IMG/VR virus record: IMGVR_UViG_2518645549_000001
Span: 48,104 to 112,103 of that record
Origin: a virus
Lineage: Duplodnaviria; Caudoviricetes
Reading direction: 5' to 3' (one strand)
Length of the DNA: 64,000 nt
A model generated the notes under the pieces. That model did no database searches, was not told where the DNA came from, and saw nothing but the letters and a program-made list of their open reading frames with translations. Shown here piece by piece: positions 7,314 through 15,731 of the stretch. Position numbers and translations under genes: made by a program. Within the stretch, counting starts at the first letter, position 1; each line of letters starts with the position of its first letter.

Positions 7314-8660
7314 TCAAGCGATGCGTTCAAGTTGTTGTTGGATGCGAAGGCCAATCCAGCGGACCACAAAGACGGCCTTGCTGTTGCCGATCGCCTTGTA
7401 GCGCGGGCCGTCCGGGCATTCATCGGCGGACTTGCCGCGATAGGGGATGCGGGTGTGGTCGCCGGGAAAACCCTGAAGCCATTCGCACTCTCGCGGGGTG
7501 AGTCGCCGAACGCCGGTGGAGGCCTGAACCATTGGCTGGCCCCGGCCGGTGCCGTCCTCGCTGGCGTCAAAGCCCTCGGCCTTCAGCGTGTGCGTGATAT
7601 CGCCAGTGATGCACACTGCTACCTGGCCACCGGCATTGGGATAGCTGGCGCCATGGCCCATTGCGCGTAACGTTGGCGCCACATCTCCAGCGTCGGCGCC
7701 GTGGTCCTTGCAGCTGAAGGCGAGCAGGGCGTTTTCTTGGCCGCTGTTCCGGCCTAGGGCGAAGGCCTGATCATCAAGGACGCATGGATCCTGCGTGCCA
7801 TGGACAACGAAGCTTTCGACCTCGAAATCACACTTCTGACCTTTGGCAACCAGAGTCGCTGCGACATCAATCGAGCCTCCGGTCCTCCCCCCGCCAAATG
7901 CAGATGTTTGAAGGTATCCGGCTAGGGCTTCGTCTGTGCCGGGAAAGCCTCCGCCTTCAGTGCGAGAAGCAAGGGTTCCGGCAATATCTTGCCCCTCGCC
8001 TCGGCGCGGCGGAGTATCCCGACGCAGGCCTTCGCGCTCAAAAAGTACTTCGAGGGGATCGAACCCAGCTCTAGCACTTGCGACAACGAACACACGGCGG
8101 CGTCGTTGGGCCAGGCCGAAATATTGGGCATCCAGAATCCGCCATGCGGCTGTTCGCGTGGGTCCATACACACAACCAGCGTCCTTCCATTTGCCCCCTG
8201 GCGGTTGGAGTTCTTCGGATTCGCCCACCAGGGCGCCGAGGAAGCAGCCAAACGCGTTGCCTTTGTCGGAGAGGACGCCGGGGACGTTTTCCCAGGTGCA
8301 GATGGCTTCGGGCTCGCCGCGCATGGTTCGAACATGGTCAATTGCATCGAGGAGCTCCACGTATTTGATGGTGAGGGCGCCGCGGGGATCGGCCAGGCCT
8401 TCGCGCATGCCGGCCACGCTGAAGGCTTGGCAGGGTGTGCCGCCGACCAGAACTTCGGGCGCCGGGATCTTGCCGGACAGCACCATGGCCGCCAGGCGGG
8501 TCATGTCGCCGTGGTTCGGCGTCTCCGGGTAGTGGTAGGCCAGCACGGCGCAGGGGAATGGTTCGATCTCGGCGTACCAATCGGCACGCCAGCCCAGCGG
8601 GTGCCAGGCTACGGTCGCAGCTTCAATTCCGCTGCAGACGCTTCCGTAGGTGATGGGCAT
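7314..8660 (-). CDS. DNA cytosine-5 methyltransferase (alpha chain)
   Basis: VCSGIEA (I), GGTPCQAFS (IV), ENVPG (VI), QRRRRVF (VIII), RRLTPRECEWLQGFP and YKAIGNS (X). Confidence 0.93.
   Translation of the reverse strand: MPITYGSVCSGIEAATVAWHPLGWRADWYAEIEPFPCAVLAYHYPETPNHGDMTRLAAMVLSGKIPAPEVLVGGTPCQAFSVAGMREGLADPRGALTIKYVELLDAIDHVRTMRGEPEAICTWENVPGVLSDKGNAFGCFLGALVGESEELQPPGGKWKDAGCVYGPTRTAAWRILDAQYFGLAQRRRRVFVVASARAGFDPLEVLFEREGLRRDTPPRRGEGQDIAGTLASRTEGGGFPGTDEALAGYLQTSAFGGGRTGGSIDVAATLVAKGQKCDFEVESFVVHGTQDPCVLDDQAFALGRNSGQENALLAFSCKDHGADAGDVAPTLRAMGHGASYPNAGGQVAVCITGDITHTLKAEGFDASEDGTGRGQPMVQASTGVRRLTPRECEWLQGFPGDHTRIPYRGKSADECPDGPRYKAIGNSKAVFVVRWIGLRIQQQLERIA
7922..8347 (-). CDS. Nested out-of-frame ORF resembling the M.EcoHK31I-type beta polypeptide
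   Basis: GGAG RBS upstream; C-terminal SLSQVLE..IPSKYFLSAKACVGILRRAEARGK.LP motif. Confidence 0.65.
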   Translation of the reverse strand: MQLTMFEPCAASPKPSAPGKTSPASSPTKATRLAASSAPWWANPKNSNRQGANGRTLVVCMDPREQPHGGFWMPNISAWPNDAAVCSLSQVLELGSIPSKYFLSAKACVGILRRAEARGKILPEPLLLALKAEAFPAQTKP

Positions 8661-8675
8661 GATGATCCTCTCGAG

Positions 8676-9626
8676 CTACTCGCACAGCCCGTAGGATGAG
8701 GAGCAACTGTTCTGGTTATCGGTGCGGGCGATCAAGTCGACCATGTCGAACTGGCGCCCGCCGCGAGCGGTGTTGGCCCAGTCGACCATTCGGTCAATGC
8801 CGTGGGTGTCGGCGGTTATGTTGTCGTTGGCGCGAACGGTGGGATCGTTGGTAGAAGTGAAGAACGTGGCCGATCCTCGCTTACATGCGATGCTGACCAA
8901 TCGTTCCCACTCCCGCACCCTAGCGACTTCTTCTGGCCACCTGGCGGCGATCTCTCGCAGCTCATCCTTCGCGCACATGATGCAGGGCATGCAGCCGACT
9001 CGATTGCAGCCCTGTAGATAAAGCGGATTTGGCTTGATGCCGGCTGCACGGTGCGCCTCGAATACTGCTTCCACCGGCCATTTCAGAATGGGGCGGTAGT
9101 TGAACAGGCCGCCGCCGACCTCATCGCACTCAGGCAGGTATCTCCTGCTCAGCGACTCATCAGCTCGCACGCCCTGCCAAGACAGCACAAGGTTCTCGCC
9201 GGTCATCAGCGGCATGAAAACGTCCTCAATGATCGGGTTTCGCTTCAGCTCGTCCGTGCAAAATCGGGCCTTGGTGCTGGGGAACCGGCCTTTCCAGAGG
9301 CACATGTCGAGGAACGGGTTGCCCGTGGGGTGCAGCACTTCCAGGGCGGCCAGAACCACCGGCTCTGGCACTCCCTTTTCGCGCCACTTGGTTTCGATGA
9401 ACTTGCGCTTGCTGGCGATCTGCCGGGCAAAGTCGGCCTTTACCCAGCGGATGGGCACACCGACGGCCTCGGCCAGGTAGTGCACGTAGTCATAGGTGGC
9501 AGGGTGTTCGTGCCCGGTATCTGCAAACACGGCGCTGAGGTTCGGCACCTCCAGCTCGCGGGCGACCAGTAGGGTGGCCGTGCTGTCTTTACCGCCACTC
9601 ATGCTGACGATGTTGTATTCGGCCAT
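8676..9626 (-). CDS. PAPS-reductase-family (PP-loop) protein
   Basis: SGGKDS, DTGHE, FCTDELK, GVRADES and RVGCMPC motifs. Confidence 0.9.
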   Translation of the reverse strand: MAEYNIVSMSGGKDSTATLLVARELEVPNLSAVFADTGHEHPATYDYVHYLAEAVGVPIRWVKADFARQIASKRKFIETKWREKGVPEPVVLAALEVLHPTGNPFLDMCLWKGRFPSTKARFCTDELKRNPIIEDVFMPLMTGENLVLSWQGVRADESLSRRYLPECDEVGGGLFNYRPILKWPVEAVFEAHRAAGIKPNPLYLQGCNRVGCMPCIMCAKDELREIAARWPEEVARVREWERLVSIACKRGSATFFTSTNDPTVRANDNITADTHGIDRMVDWANTARGGRQFDMVDLIARTDNQNSCSSSYGLCE

Positions 9627-9715
9627 CGTGTGGTCCTTGCGTGCAGGCGCCGCTCTCGCCGAGGAGGCGCAATTCTGATTGGGCTACAGTTGAGCTGTTG
9701 ATTGGAGGGCAGCTG

Positions 9716-10099
9716 ATGCTGAAAATCGGTGAAGACACAGCCTGGATAGGCGATTACTACGACTACATCCGTGACGGGTGCGCAAAAGAGGCGTACGCAT
9801 TGCTGATCGGAACCCTCGTCTGCATGAAATCGGTCACCTGCTACCGGAAGCGTCAGGGTGAAGTGCGCTCAGTAGGAATCGAAGTTGATGGAGAGTGCTG
9901 GTTTGCACTCATGCCGACCCAGGGTTGGCTGACATTCCAATGGCGACCGCCTGTGACTAGGGCAAAAAGGTACAGCGCGGCTCATGTTCGTGCACAATTC
10001 CCGGACAGCTTCACACTCCCCCAGGATGAGCACTGGGCGGTGCGGGTCAACACGATCGAGGATGCTTTGCTGTTGCTTCTGATCCTCGACCTGAGCTGA
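9716..10099 (+). CDS. Hypothetical moron protein
   Basis: GGAGG RBS; 127 aa; opposite to the early operon. Confidence 0.65.
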   Translation: MLKIGEDTAWIGDYYDYIRDGCAKEAYALLIGTLVCMKSVTCYRKRQGEVRSVGIEVDGECWFALMPTQGWLTFQWRPPVTRAKRYSAAHVRAQFPDSFTLPQDEHWAVRVNTIEDALLLLLILDLS

Positions 10100-10126
10100 T
10101 GCCGGGAGGCGTTATCGTTGAATAGG

Positions 10127-10150
10127 GGTGATATGCTTCGCCGCTTACCA
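10127..10150 (+). promoter_or_regulatory. Repeated putative extended -10 promoter element GGTGATATGCTTCGCCGCT(T/C)ACCA, copy 1
   Basis: Also at 11034-11057 and 63328-63351; each is followed by an RBS and ATG. Confidence 0.6.
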
Positions 10151-10164
10151 GAAGGAGAGTGGTG

Positions 10165-10362
10165 ATGCTTTTGCGTGAGGGGCTTCGAACGTTCCAGCTA
10201 TGGTTCAATCCGAAGCGCAGACGGTGGACTGGCGTGATGCTGATCGCGCTTGGGGTGGTCGGGATGTTTCTCAACCCGGAAAGCCGGTGGACCGTGGTGT
10301 TAGGAACAGGGATCTATTGGTTCTTCACGGCTTTACCACCAGTACTTGGCGGCAAGCGCTAA
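10165..10362 (+). CDS. 65-aa two-TM membrane protein
   Basis: Clear homolog of equal length at 63368-63565. Confidence 0.75.
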   Translation: MLLREGLRTFQLWFNPKRRRWTGVMLIALGVVGMFLNPESRWTVVLGTGIYWFFTALPPVLGGKR

Positions 10363-10467
10363 GGCACCGATAGCTGAAGTACGAGAACTTTGAACTTCTG
10401 AGAAGCCTGATGGCTCTGAGCCAGTCCCGCTAAGCACAGGGCAAGGCGGCCTCTCAGAGATTCAGTC

Positions 10468-10566
10468 ATGTTTTCGGAAGACTTCTACGGCGTGTTCCTG
10501 GTTGCCGAATCGGTATTGGCATTCACCGTGCTGGCAGTCGCATACCATTGGAACCGAGGCGCTTAA
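10468..10566 (+). CDS. Possible 32-aa single-TM peptide
   Basis: MFSEDFYGVFLVAESVLAFTVLAVAYHWNRGA; weak RBS. Confidence 0.3.
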   Translation: MFSEDFYGVFLVAESVLAFTVLAVAYHWNRGA

Positions 10567-10670
10567 GCCCCTGGAGTTATCCAAGATGAGGGCGCCCCTC
10601 TTTCGGGTGGTGGCATTTTGATGTCGTATCGTGTTTGATGCTGCACAGGCCTTCTATGGAGAGAACCGGA

Positions 10671-10925
10671 GTGCTGACTATTGGCGTGGTTGAAAGGATT
10701 AACCAGGATCGTATCGCAATCTGGGTGGAGGAGCAGAGCGCCTACACCGTCATTGCGTTGCAGTCGACTGCCCAGATCGAGCAGGGCGATGTCATGTGCT
10801 GGCGTGATCGATCCTCTACGGGATCATGTAATTACTGGAACGCGACCAAAGGCTGGAATGCTGAGGTGAGCGTGCAGGCTCAGGATGTCGCGATTGATCT
10901 GCTAGGACAGCATCTCAACTGGTGA
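10671..10925 (+). CDS. Hypothetical beta-rich moron protein
   Basis: GGAGAG RBS before GTG; 84 aa. Confidence 0.6.
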   Translation: MLTIGVVERINQDRIAIWVEEQSAYTVIALQSTAQIEQGDVMCWRDRSSTGSCNYWNATKGWNAEVSVQAQDVAIDLLGQHLNW

Positions 10926-11121
10926 CATTGGCGTGTGCTGGAGTGTTCCAATCCTGCCACCTACGGAGAAGCGTTGTCGTTGAATATGGGCAGGCGCTGA
11001 CGGGCGGCGCCGTCTGGGTGAATGTGGCAGGCAGGTGATATGCTTCGCCGCTCACCAAACAAGGATGGTGGTAATGGGGTTGCGAGATCGAGGAAGATCG
11101 CCAAGATCAGGAGCTGCCGCG

Positions 11122-11529
11122 ATGAAGACCCGAACGGCATCATTCATAGGGCTCGCGATTTGGATAGCGTTTCTTTGGCTGGGAAAGCCATCTGCGTCGT
11201 TGATCAGCTATTCTGTGCCGTTTGGAATTGCTCTGATCGCCACAGGCCCCCTCGAACTGATCCCAGATCGTTGGCACAGGCTTAATTTCCTCGTCAATGC
11301 CCTGGCGACTGGATTCTTCTTTGTCAGCATAATGTTTGCGATAGTGGCAATCTCTTTCGCCCTGTCATTGAGCACAAGCGAGCGTTCGATTTTCTGCCTT
11401 GCTGGATGGGCAACGCTGTTGATTGTCTACCATTTCGCAATCCCTCGGCTGAAGCGGTCGCCGTTTCACCGACTCAGCCAGGATAGAGGGATGTACAGCT
11501 CTCCAACGGATGACGATAAACGGAACTGA
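11122..11529 (+). CDS. Four-TM membrane moron protein
   Basis: AGGAG RBS; four hydrophobic segments. Confidence 0.65.
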   Translation: MKTRTASFIGLAIWIAFLWLGKPSASLISYSVPFGIALIATGPLELIPDRWHRLNFLVNALATGFFFVSIMFAIVAISFALSLSTSERSIFCLAGWATLLIVYHFAIPRLKRSPFHRLSQDRGMYSSPTDDDKRN

Positions 11530-11584
11530 GATCAGATAGGCCAATGCCTGAGCAGATTAGTCGCTGGCGGGCAGCGCAGGAGGG

Positions 11585-12181
11585 TCAGGCCGCGCGTCGA
11601 ATTTTTTCGGCGCGGCGCTCAGCCAGCTTGAGTCGAAGCGCTTCCTTGTAGCTGGCCTTGGCCGCTTTCATGGTACGAGCCCACTCGCCTGCGACCTCAA
11701 CAGTCTCGTAGGGCGACCAGTGCGCGAAACGGGTAGGCCTGCGATGCTCGCAGTAGGCGCTGCCGCGTGGGTAGCGCACCATCCGGTATTCATAGTCTCC
11801 CCAGGTGCCGCGCTGCTGGATCTGGGGCTGGTTGATCCCGAGGAAGTGGGCGAAGCCGTCATAGCATTCGCACTCGTCGAGATAGGCATCGAACTTGGTG
11901 TACTTTCGCGGAGGCGGCGGCGGGGGAAGCTTGGCCAGCGCAAACTGCTTCCCTTCAGGCGTTGCCCGGTACACCACGTCATTAGCATCACAGAAGGCCG
12001 GCGCCTTGCCGCGCGTCATCAGTCCAGCCTCTACGAGTACATCCAGGTTATTGGCGTCGTCATAGCCTGGGCTGGTGAGGAAGTGGTTTCTTCCGCCAGT
12101 TCGGCAGCTTGGATTTAGTCCCAGGGTGTGCCAGAGCAGGTTGAGCTGCTTCTCGGTGGCTTCGATCATGACTTTCTCCAT
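11585..12181 (-). CDS. Hypothetical phage protein, possible winged helix
   Basis: GGAGG RBS; LLWHTLGL..RNHF..LVEAGLM..YRATPEG. Confidence 0.65.
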   Translation of the reverse strand: MEKVMIEATEKQLNLLWHTLGLNPSCRTGGRNHFLTSPGYDDANNLDVLVEAGLMTRGKAPAFCDANDVVYRATPEGKQFALAKLPPPPPPRKYTKFDAYLDECECYDGFAHFLGINQPQIQQRGTWGDYEYRMVRYPRGSAYCEHRRPTRFAHWSPYETVEVAGEWARTMKAAKASYKEALRLKLAERRAEKIRRAA

Positions 12182-12273
12182 GCATGCGCCGCCCTCCGTG
12201 GCCGGATGCGGCATGGTGGCAATTTGGTTTGGGATGGGGTATTGGTATCTATTTAAATCGGGACTGGTAAAGC

Positions 12274-13064
12274 ATGAATAACGCTGCGCGGAGCCTAGAT
12301 GTCGAATCCTTCCAGCAGTTCCAAGGCTTTTTGGAGGGGTGCTCTGGCCGGACAAAGTGGGCCTCAGTTAACGCAATTTCCCACCTTCGAAAGTCCGTAG
12401 AAATTTCGAGCATTGACCCGGCTATGGCTGCGTTTCGAGCCGTGTGCGCGGAAGAAGAGGCCGCGACTGCATTGATAAACTCACTGAAAGAGGTGGGCTA
12501 TGAGGGCGCAGAAAAACTCTACTTCCGAAAACACGAAGATAAGCATGCCGTAGTTCTATTTGTAGGTACGGTCATGCAGTGGTTTCAAAACCGTAAGGCG
12601 CAGGCAGGCGATCAGTTTGGCCAGCACCGAATTTTTTTGATGACATTGATGGCCGCAACGGCCTACGTTTAGCTATACAACTCGGCCGCTCGAATACGGC
12701 GGTTCATCCGACACCCCCTTTGCATCTCGTGGTGCAAGGGGCGAGGACGCTAGCGGAAGAATTTCAGGATGAGATGAAGTATCTCCTAGGGCTTGAGAAG
12801 ACCCACGAGATCAGACGGCTAATAGATCAACGAGCGAATTTCAGGAACACGCTCTTATATGCAACTCCTACAGGCATTCCGAAACCTGTTGGGGACGTTA
12901 AAGGGTTCATAGATAATCAAATTGGGATCGTTAACCATCTGCTGATAGCCTTGGCATTGATTGACCCATGGCGGCTGCCGAAGTACCCCCTATCGGGAAT
13001 AGTTTCCGTGTCAATCGATGTTTTTGTGGATCTCATGGATCGAGTCAGAAAAGACAAGGCCTGA
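12274..13064 (+). pseudogene. AbiV-like HEPN protein split by a 1-nt frameshift in a T7 run (12632-12638)
   Basis: Adding one T joins the two ORFs (RIFFDDIDGRNGLRL...PTPPLHLVV); AEEEAA, H..KH and RNTLLYA motifs; low GC. Confidence 0.6.
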
Positions 13065-13575
13065 GCTCGGGCCTAAGAATCTCGTCCCCTGGATCCTGCT
13101 GAATCATCAGCATGCTCTTCTGGTCGAAGGCCCGGGCCAACTTTGGCGAGATGCTGATCTTATGCCGCGGCGGGGTGAGAAACTTCGCCGCGTGCAGCGC
13201 GCCCAGGGCGTGAATGCCGTTGATCAGCGCCTCGATCATCTGGCTGTATGTGGCGTCGGCCCAGCCGCAGATAGCTCTCAGGTGCTGTCCGGTTCTCTTC
13301 CGGGCTGACAGCCGCAGCGGCTCATTCCGCGCCACAGAACGGTGAGCCTCGATTTCGTGGCGCGCAATCCGGAACAGCGCGTGATGCCCGAGCGCTTCGA
13401 TGTGATGAATCATCAGCGTCATCGCCTCGCCCTGTTCCTCGATCCCGGCCCACTCCATCAGCTCCAGCAGGGCCTGCTTAGTCCCTGGTCGAACCTTCAA
13501 GCGCAGGTCTTCTTCCTGCAGGCGCTCGGCCTTCTCGCGCCGTCGCTTGTCGCGCTCTTGCGATGTCATCGCCAT
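13045..13575 (-). CDS. Phage DNA-binding-like protein with an internal duplication
   Basis: Two similar LRL..R.GT.Q.L units; ends TPPRH.I.IS. Confidence 0.7.
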   Translation of the reverse strand: MAMTSQERDKRRREKAERLQEEDLRLKVRPGTKQALLELMEWAGIEEQGEAMTLMIHHIEALGHHALFRIARHEIEAHRSVARNEPLRLSARKRTGQHLRAICGWADATYSQMIEALINGIHALGALHAAKFLTPPRHKISISPKLARAFDQKSMLMIQQDPGDEILRPELRPCLF

Positions 13576-13656
13576 ACGGCACCTCCTTCAATCCGCTGGG
13601 CGGGATGTGTATGTGCAGCTGGCGGCGACGCTGCTGCGTTAGCTTCTGGATGCGTC

Positions 13657-13821
13657 TCATGGGTGGCACACCTCAATGGGCGTTTTCTTCGTCGAGCCAG
13701 ACGGCATAACCACCAGTAGACGCTTGTTTCCTCGGTATACGCCCCAAGGCTGACCAGTGGATCTGGCCATGGCCGCCGCGTACTTCACGGCGGGCACAGG
13801 TTGCGACATCGTGGCGATCAT
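13657..13821 (-). CDS. Small hypothetical phage protein
   Basis: MIATMSQPVPAVKYAAAMARSTGQPWGVY...; RBS GGGT; operonic position. Confidence 0.45.
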   Translation of the reverse strand: MIATMSQPVPAVKYAAAMARSTGQPWGVYRGNKRLLVVMPSGSTKKTPIEVCHP

Positions 13822-13824
13822 GGC

Positions 13825-14343
13825 CTACCCTCGATTCCGCTGGAGCGGGAAGTCAATGTCGAACTCGGCAATGATGCGCGCGAACCTGCAGTTACCGATG
13901 CCCAGCTCCAAAGTCACGCCCCACCGGGACTTGCCGGCATCACGCAGGGCAATGATCTTGTCGGCGAGTTCACGATCCTCCTGGCTCGGTTCGGCCTTTA
14001 CCTTCGTCGGTCTGTCCGGCTTCGGTGGAGTGAAGAACCTGAATCCTCCCCGCGCTGCTACGCCCCAGAGAGCGGTCTTGGTTTCGCCCAGGAGCTTTGC
14101 GACCTCGCCACAGGTCATGGTCTTGGCGAGCTCTTCTACCTGAGCTGTGCGCGCCTTGGCGCGGCTTTTACGCTCGCCGCCGCGCTCCTGCTTGACTGGC
14201 TTGACCCGCTTCGGCTTCGGCTCAGGGTGATGGCGCTGCCGGAATGGCACGTACTGGAACCCCTCCAGCACAATGATCCGGCCGCCAGACGAGAAGAAGG
14301 CCGCTTTAGCGGCCTCCAGGTCGATTGATTGGTTCATGGTCAC
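13825..14343 (-). CDS. Hypothetical phage protein with HTH-like segments
   Basis: GAGG RBS; AFFSSGGRI N-terminus. Confidence 0.7.
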   Translation of the reverse strand: MTMNQSIDLEAAKAAFFSSGGRIIVLEGFQYVPFRQRHHPEPKPKRVKPVKQERGGERKSRAKARTAQVEELAKTMTCGEVAKLLGETKTALWGVAARGGFRFFTPPKPDRPTKVKAEPSQEDRELADKIIALRDAGKSRWGVTLELGIGNCRFARIIAEFDIDFPLQRNRG

Positions 14344-14344
14344 C

Positions 14345-14962
14345 TCATGCAGCGATTCCGAGCACGCGATTCATGCGCTCGTCGAGGATTTCGTAGAAGG
14401 TCTTCACGCGCTCGGACAGCTTGCGGATCATCGCCTCGTCACGGTAGGCGCGCTTCACGAACAGAGGCATGCCCGGCCAGTAGCAGATAAAGTCGATCCA
14501 CTCGCGCTCCGATACCCACAGGCCGCCCTGGCACTGGGCAACGTGCTCTTTCGGGATCTCGCCGCCCAGGATCACGTCCACCTGCAGCTTCGGCAGCTTG
14601 GTCTTGATCTCGGTCAGGCCCTTGTCGCCTACCAGGGCGTCCGGCGAGTAGCCCATTCCGTGGTTGAGTATTATTCCGACCTCGGTCGTTTCGACCTCCT
14701 CGCTGTCGCGGTAGAGGTTGCGAGCAACGCCTTCCAGCTCATGGCCTCGCTCGGTATGCCGATTGCCACTGAACGGATCGGCCGCTTCGCCGGTGATACG
14801 TTCGCCGATCAGCGTGTTCATGTAGGTGAATGCGCCGGCGCCGAAGCCGGCTTCACCCTTGCCGTTCACGAGCAGGCAGTCCAGTTCACTGCAGGTGATG
14901 ATGCCCAGGCGCAGGTCTAGCCAGGCCTGAGTGCCTTGTTCGACATCTGAGATGATCTGCAT
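14345..14962 (-). CDS. YqaJ/lambda-type exonuclease
   Basis: QGTQAWLDLR, RGHELE, SPDAL, EIK and AQCQG motifs. Confidence 0.92.
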   Translation of the reverse strand: MQIISDVEQGTQAWLDLRLGIITCSELDCLLVNGKGEAGFGAGAFTYMNTLIGERITGEAADPFSGNRHTERGHELEGVARNLYRDSEEVETTEVGIILNHGMGYSPDALVGDKGLTEIKTKLPKLQVDVILGGEIPKEHVAQCQGGLWVSEREWIDFICYWPGMPLFVKRAYRDEAMIRKLSERVKTFYEILDERMNRVLGIAA

Positions 14963-14965
14963 GGT

Positions 14966-15724
14966 TTACTCCTGCGGCCGGCTGGCCGACTTGGTGAGGC
15001 GAGCGAGCACAACGTCGAACTCGGATTTGTAGACGTTGGCAGCGCAGCCGTACTTGGCGGTGAAGTTGTCGACCAGGACTTGGCTGCATTTTTTCAGCAG
15101 CCCATCGAGTTGGGCGGCTTGGCGCGGTGTGATGACCGGCTCATCAGGCACTTGCATCGGTACGGCTCCTTGGCCGTCATCGTCTTCGCCAGTAGTGGTG
15201 AAGTTCAGAAGAGCGCCGGCCGTGTAGCGCTTCCCGTAGCTGACAGAACTGGCAACGGCCTGGACGGCATTCTTGCTGCCGGTAGCATCGGCTGGCAGGA
15301 GGATTGATGTGGTTTCCCTGTGGCCGTCTCGATGACTAAGCACGCCCTCAACCTCGATGCCTTTGTCGGTGCGTGGAATTCGGAAGGTGAGAGCAAAGCC
15401 GTGCTTCGCCAGGATGGGCTTCAACTCTTCGTTGATGTCCTCCCATAGGGCGTAGGTAGATTGGACGTTCTTGTACTTGTCCTTGATTGCGCCGCGCTCA
15501 CGGATAACCGGAAGCTCTTCCTGCATGGCGGCTAGCGCGGCATCGAACGCTTGCTGCGCCTGTTGTGCTTGGTGCTGGCGGTGCATCGCCATCAATCGCT
15601 CCATCTTGTCGATGTCTGCATTGGGGGACATTGCGACTTGCTGGATGATCTGCAGGATGGTCGCCGACTCGGCGGCTACAGCCTGTGGCTGGGAATGGGT
15701 TTCGACCCTGGCTACTTGGCTCAT
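14966..15724 (-). CDS. erf: ERF-family ssDNA annealing protein
   Basis: QAVASSVSYGKRY..LLNF..GEDDDG motif. Confidence 0.9.
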   Translation of the reverse strand: MSQVARVETHSQPQAVAAESATILQIIQQVAMSPNADIDKMERLMAMHRQHQAQQAQQAFDAALAAMQEELPVIRERGAIKDKYKNVQSTYALWEDINEELKPILAKHGFALTFRIPRTDKGIEVEGVLSHRDGHRETTSILLPADATGSKNAVQAVASSVSYGKRYTAGALLNFTTTGEDDDGQGAVPMQVPDEPVITPRQAAQLDGLLKKCSQVLVDNFTAKYGCAANVYKSEFDVVLARLTKSASRPQE

Positions 15725-15731
15725 GGCGACC

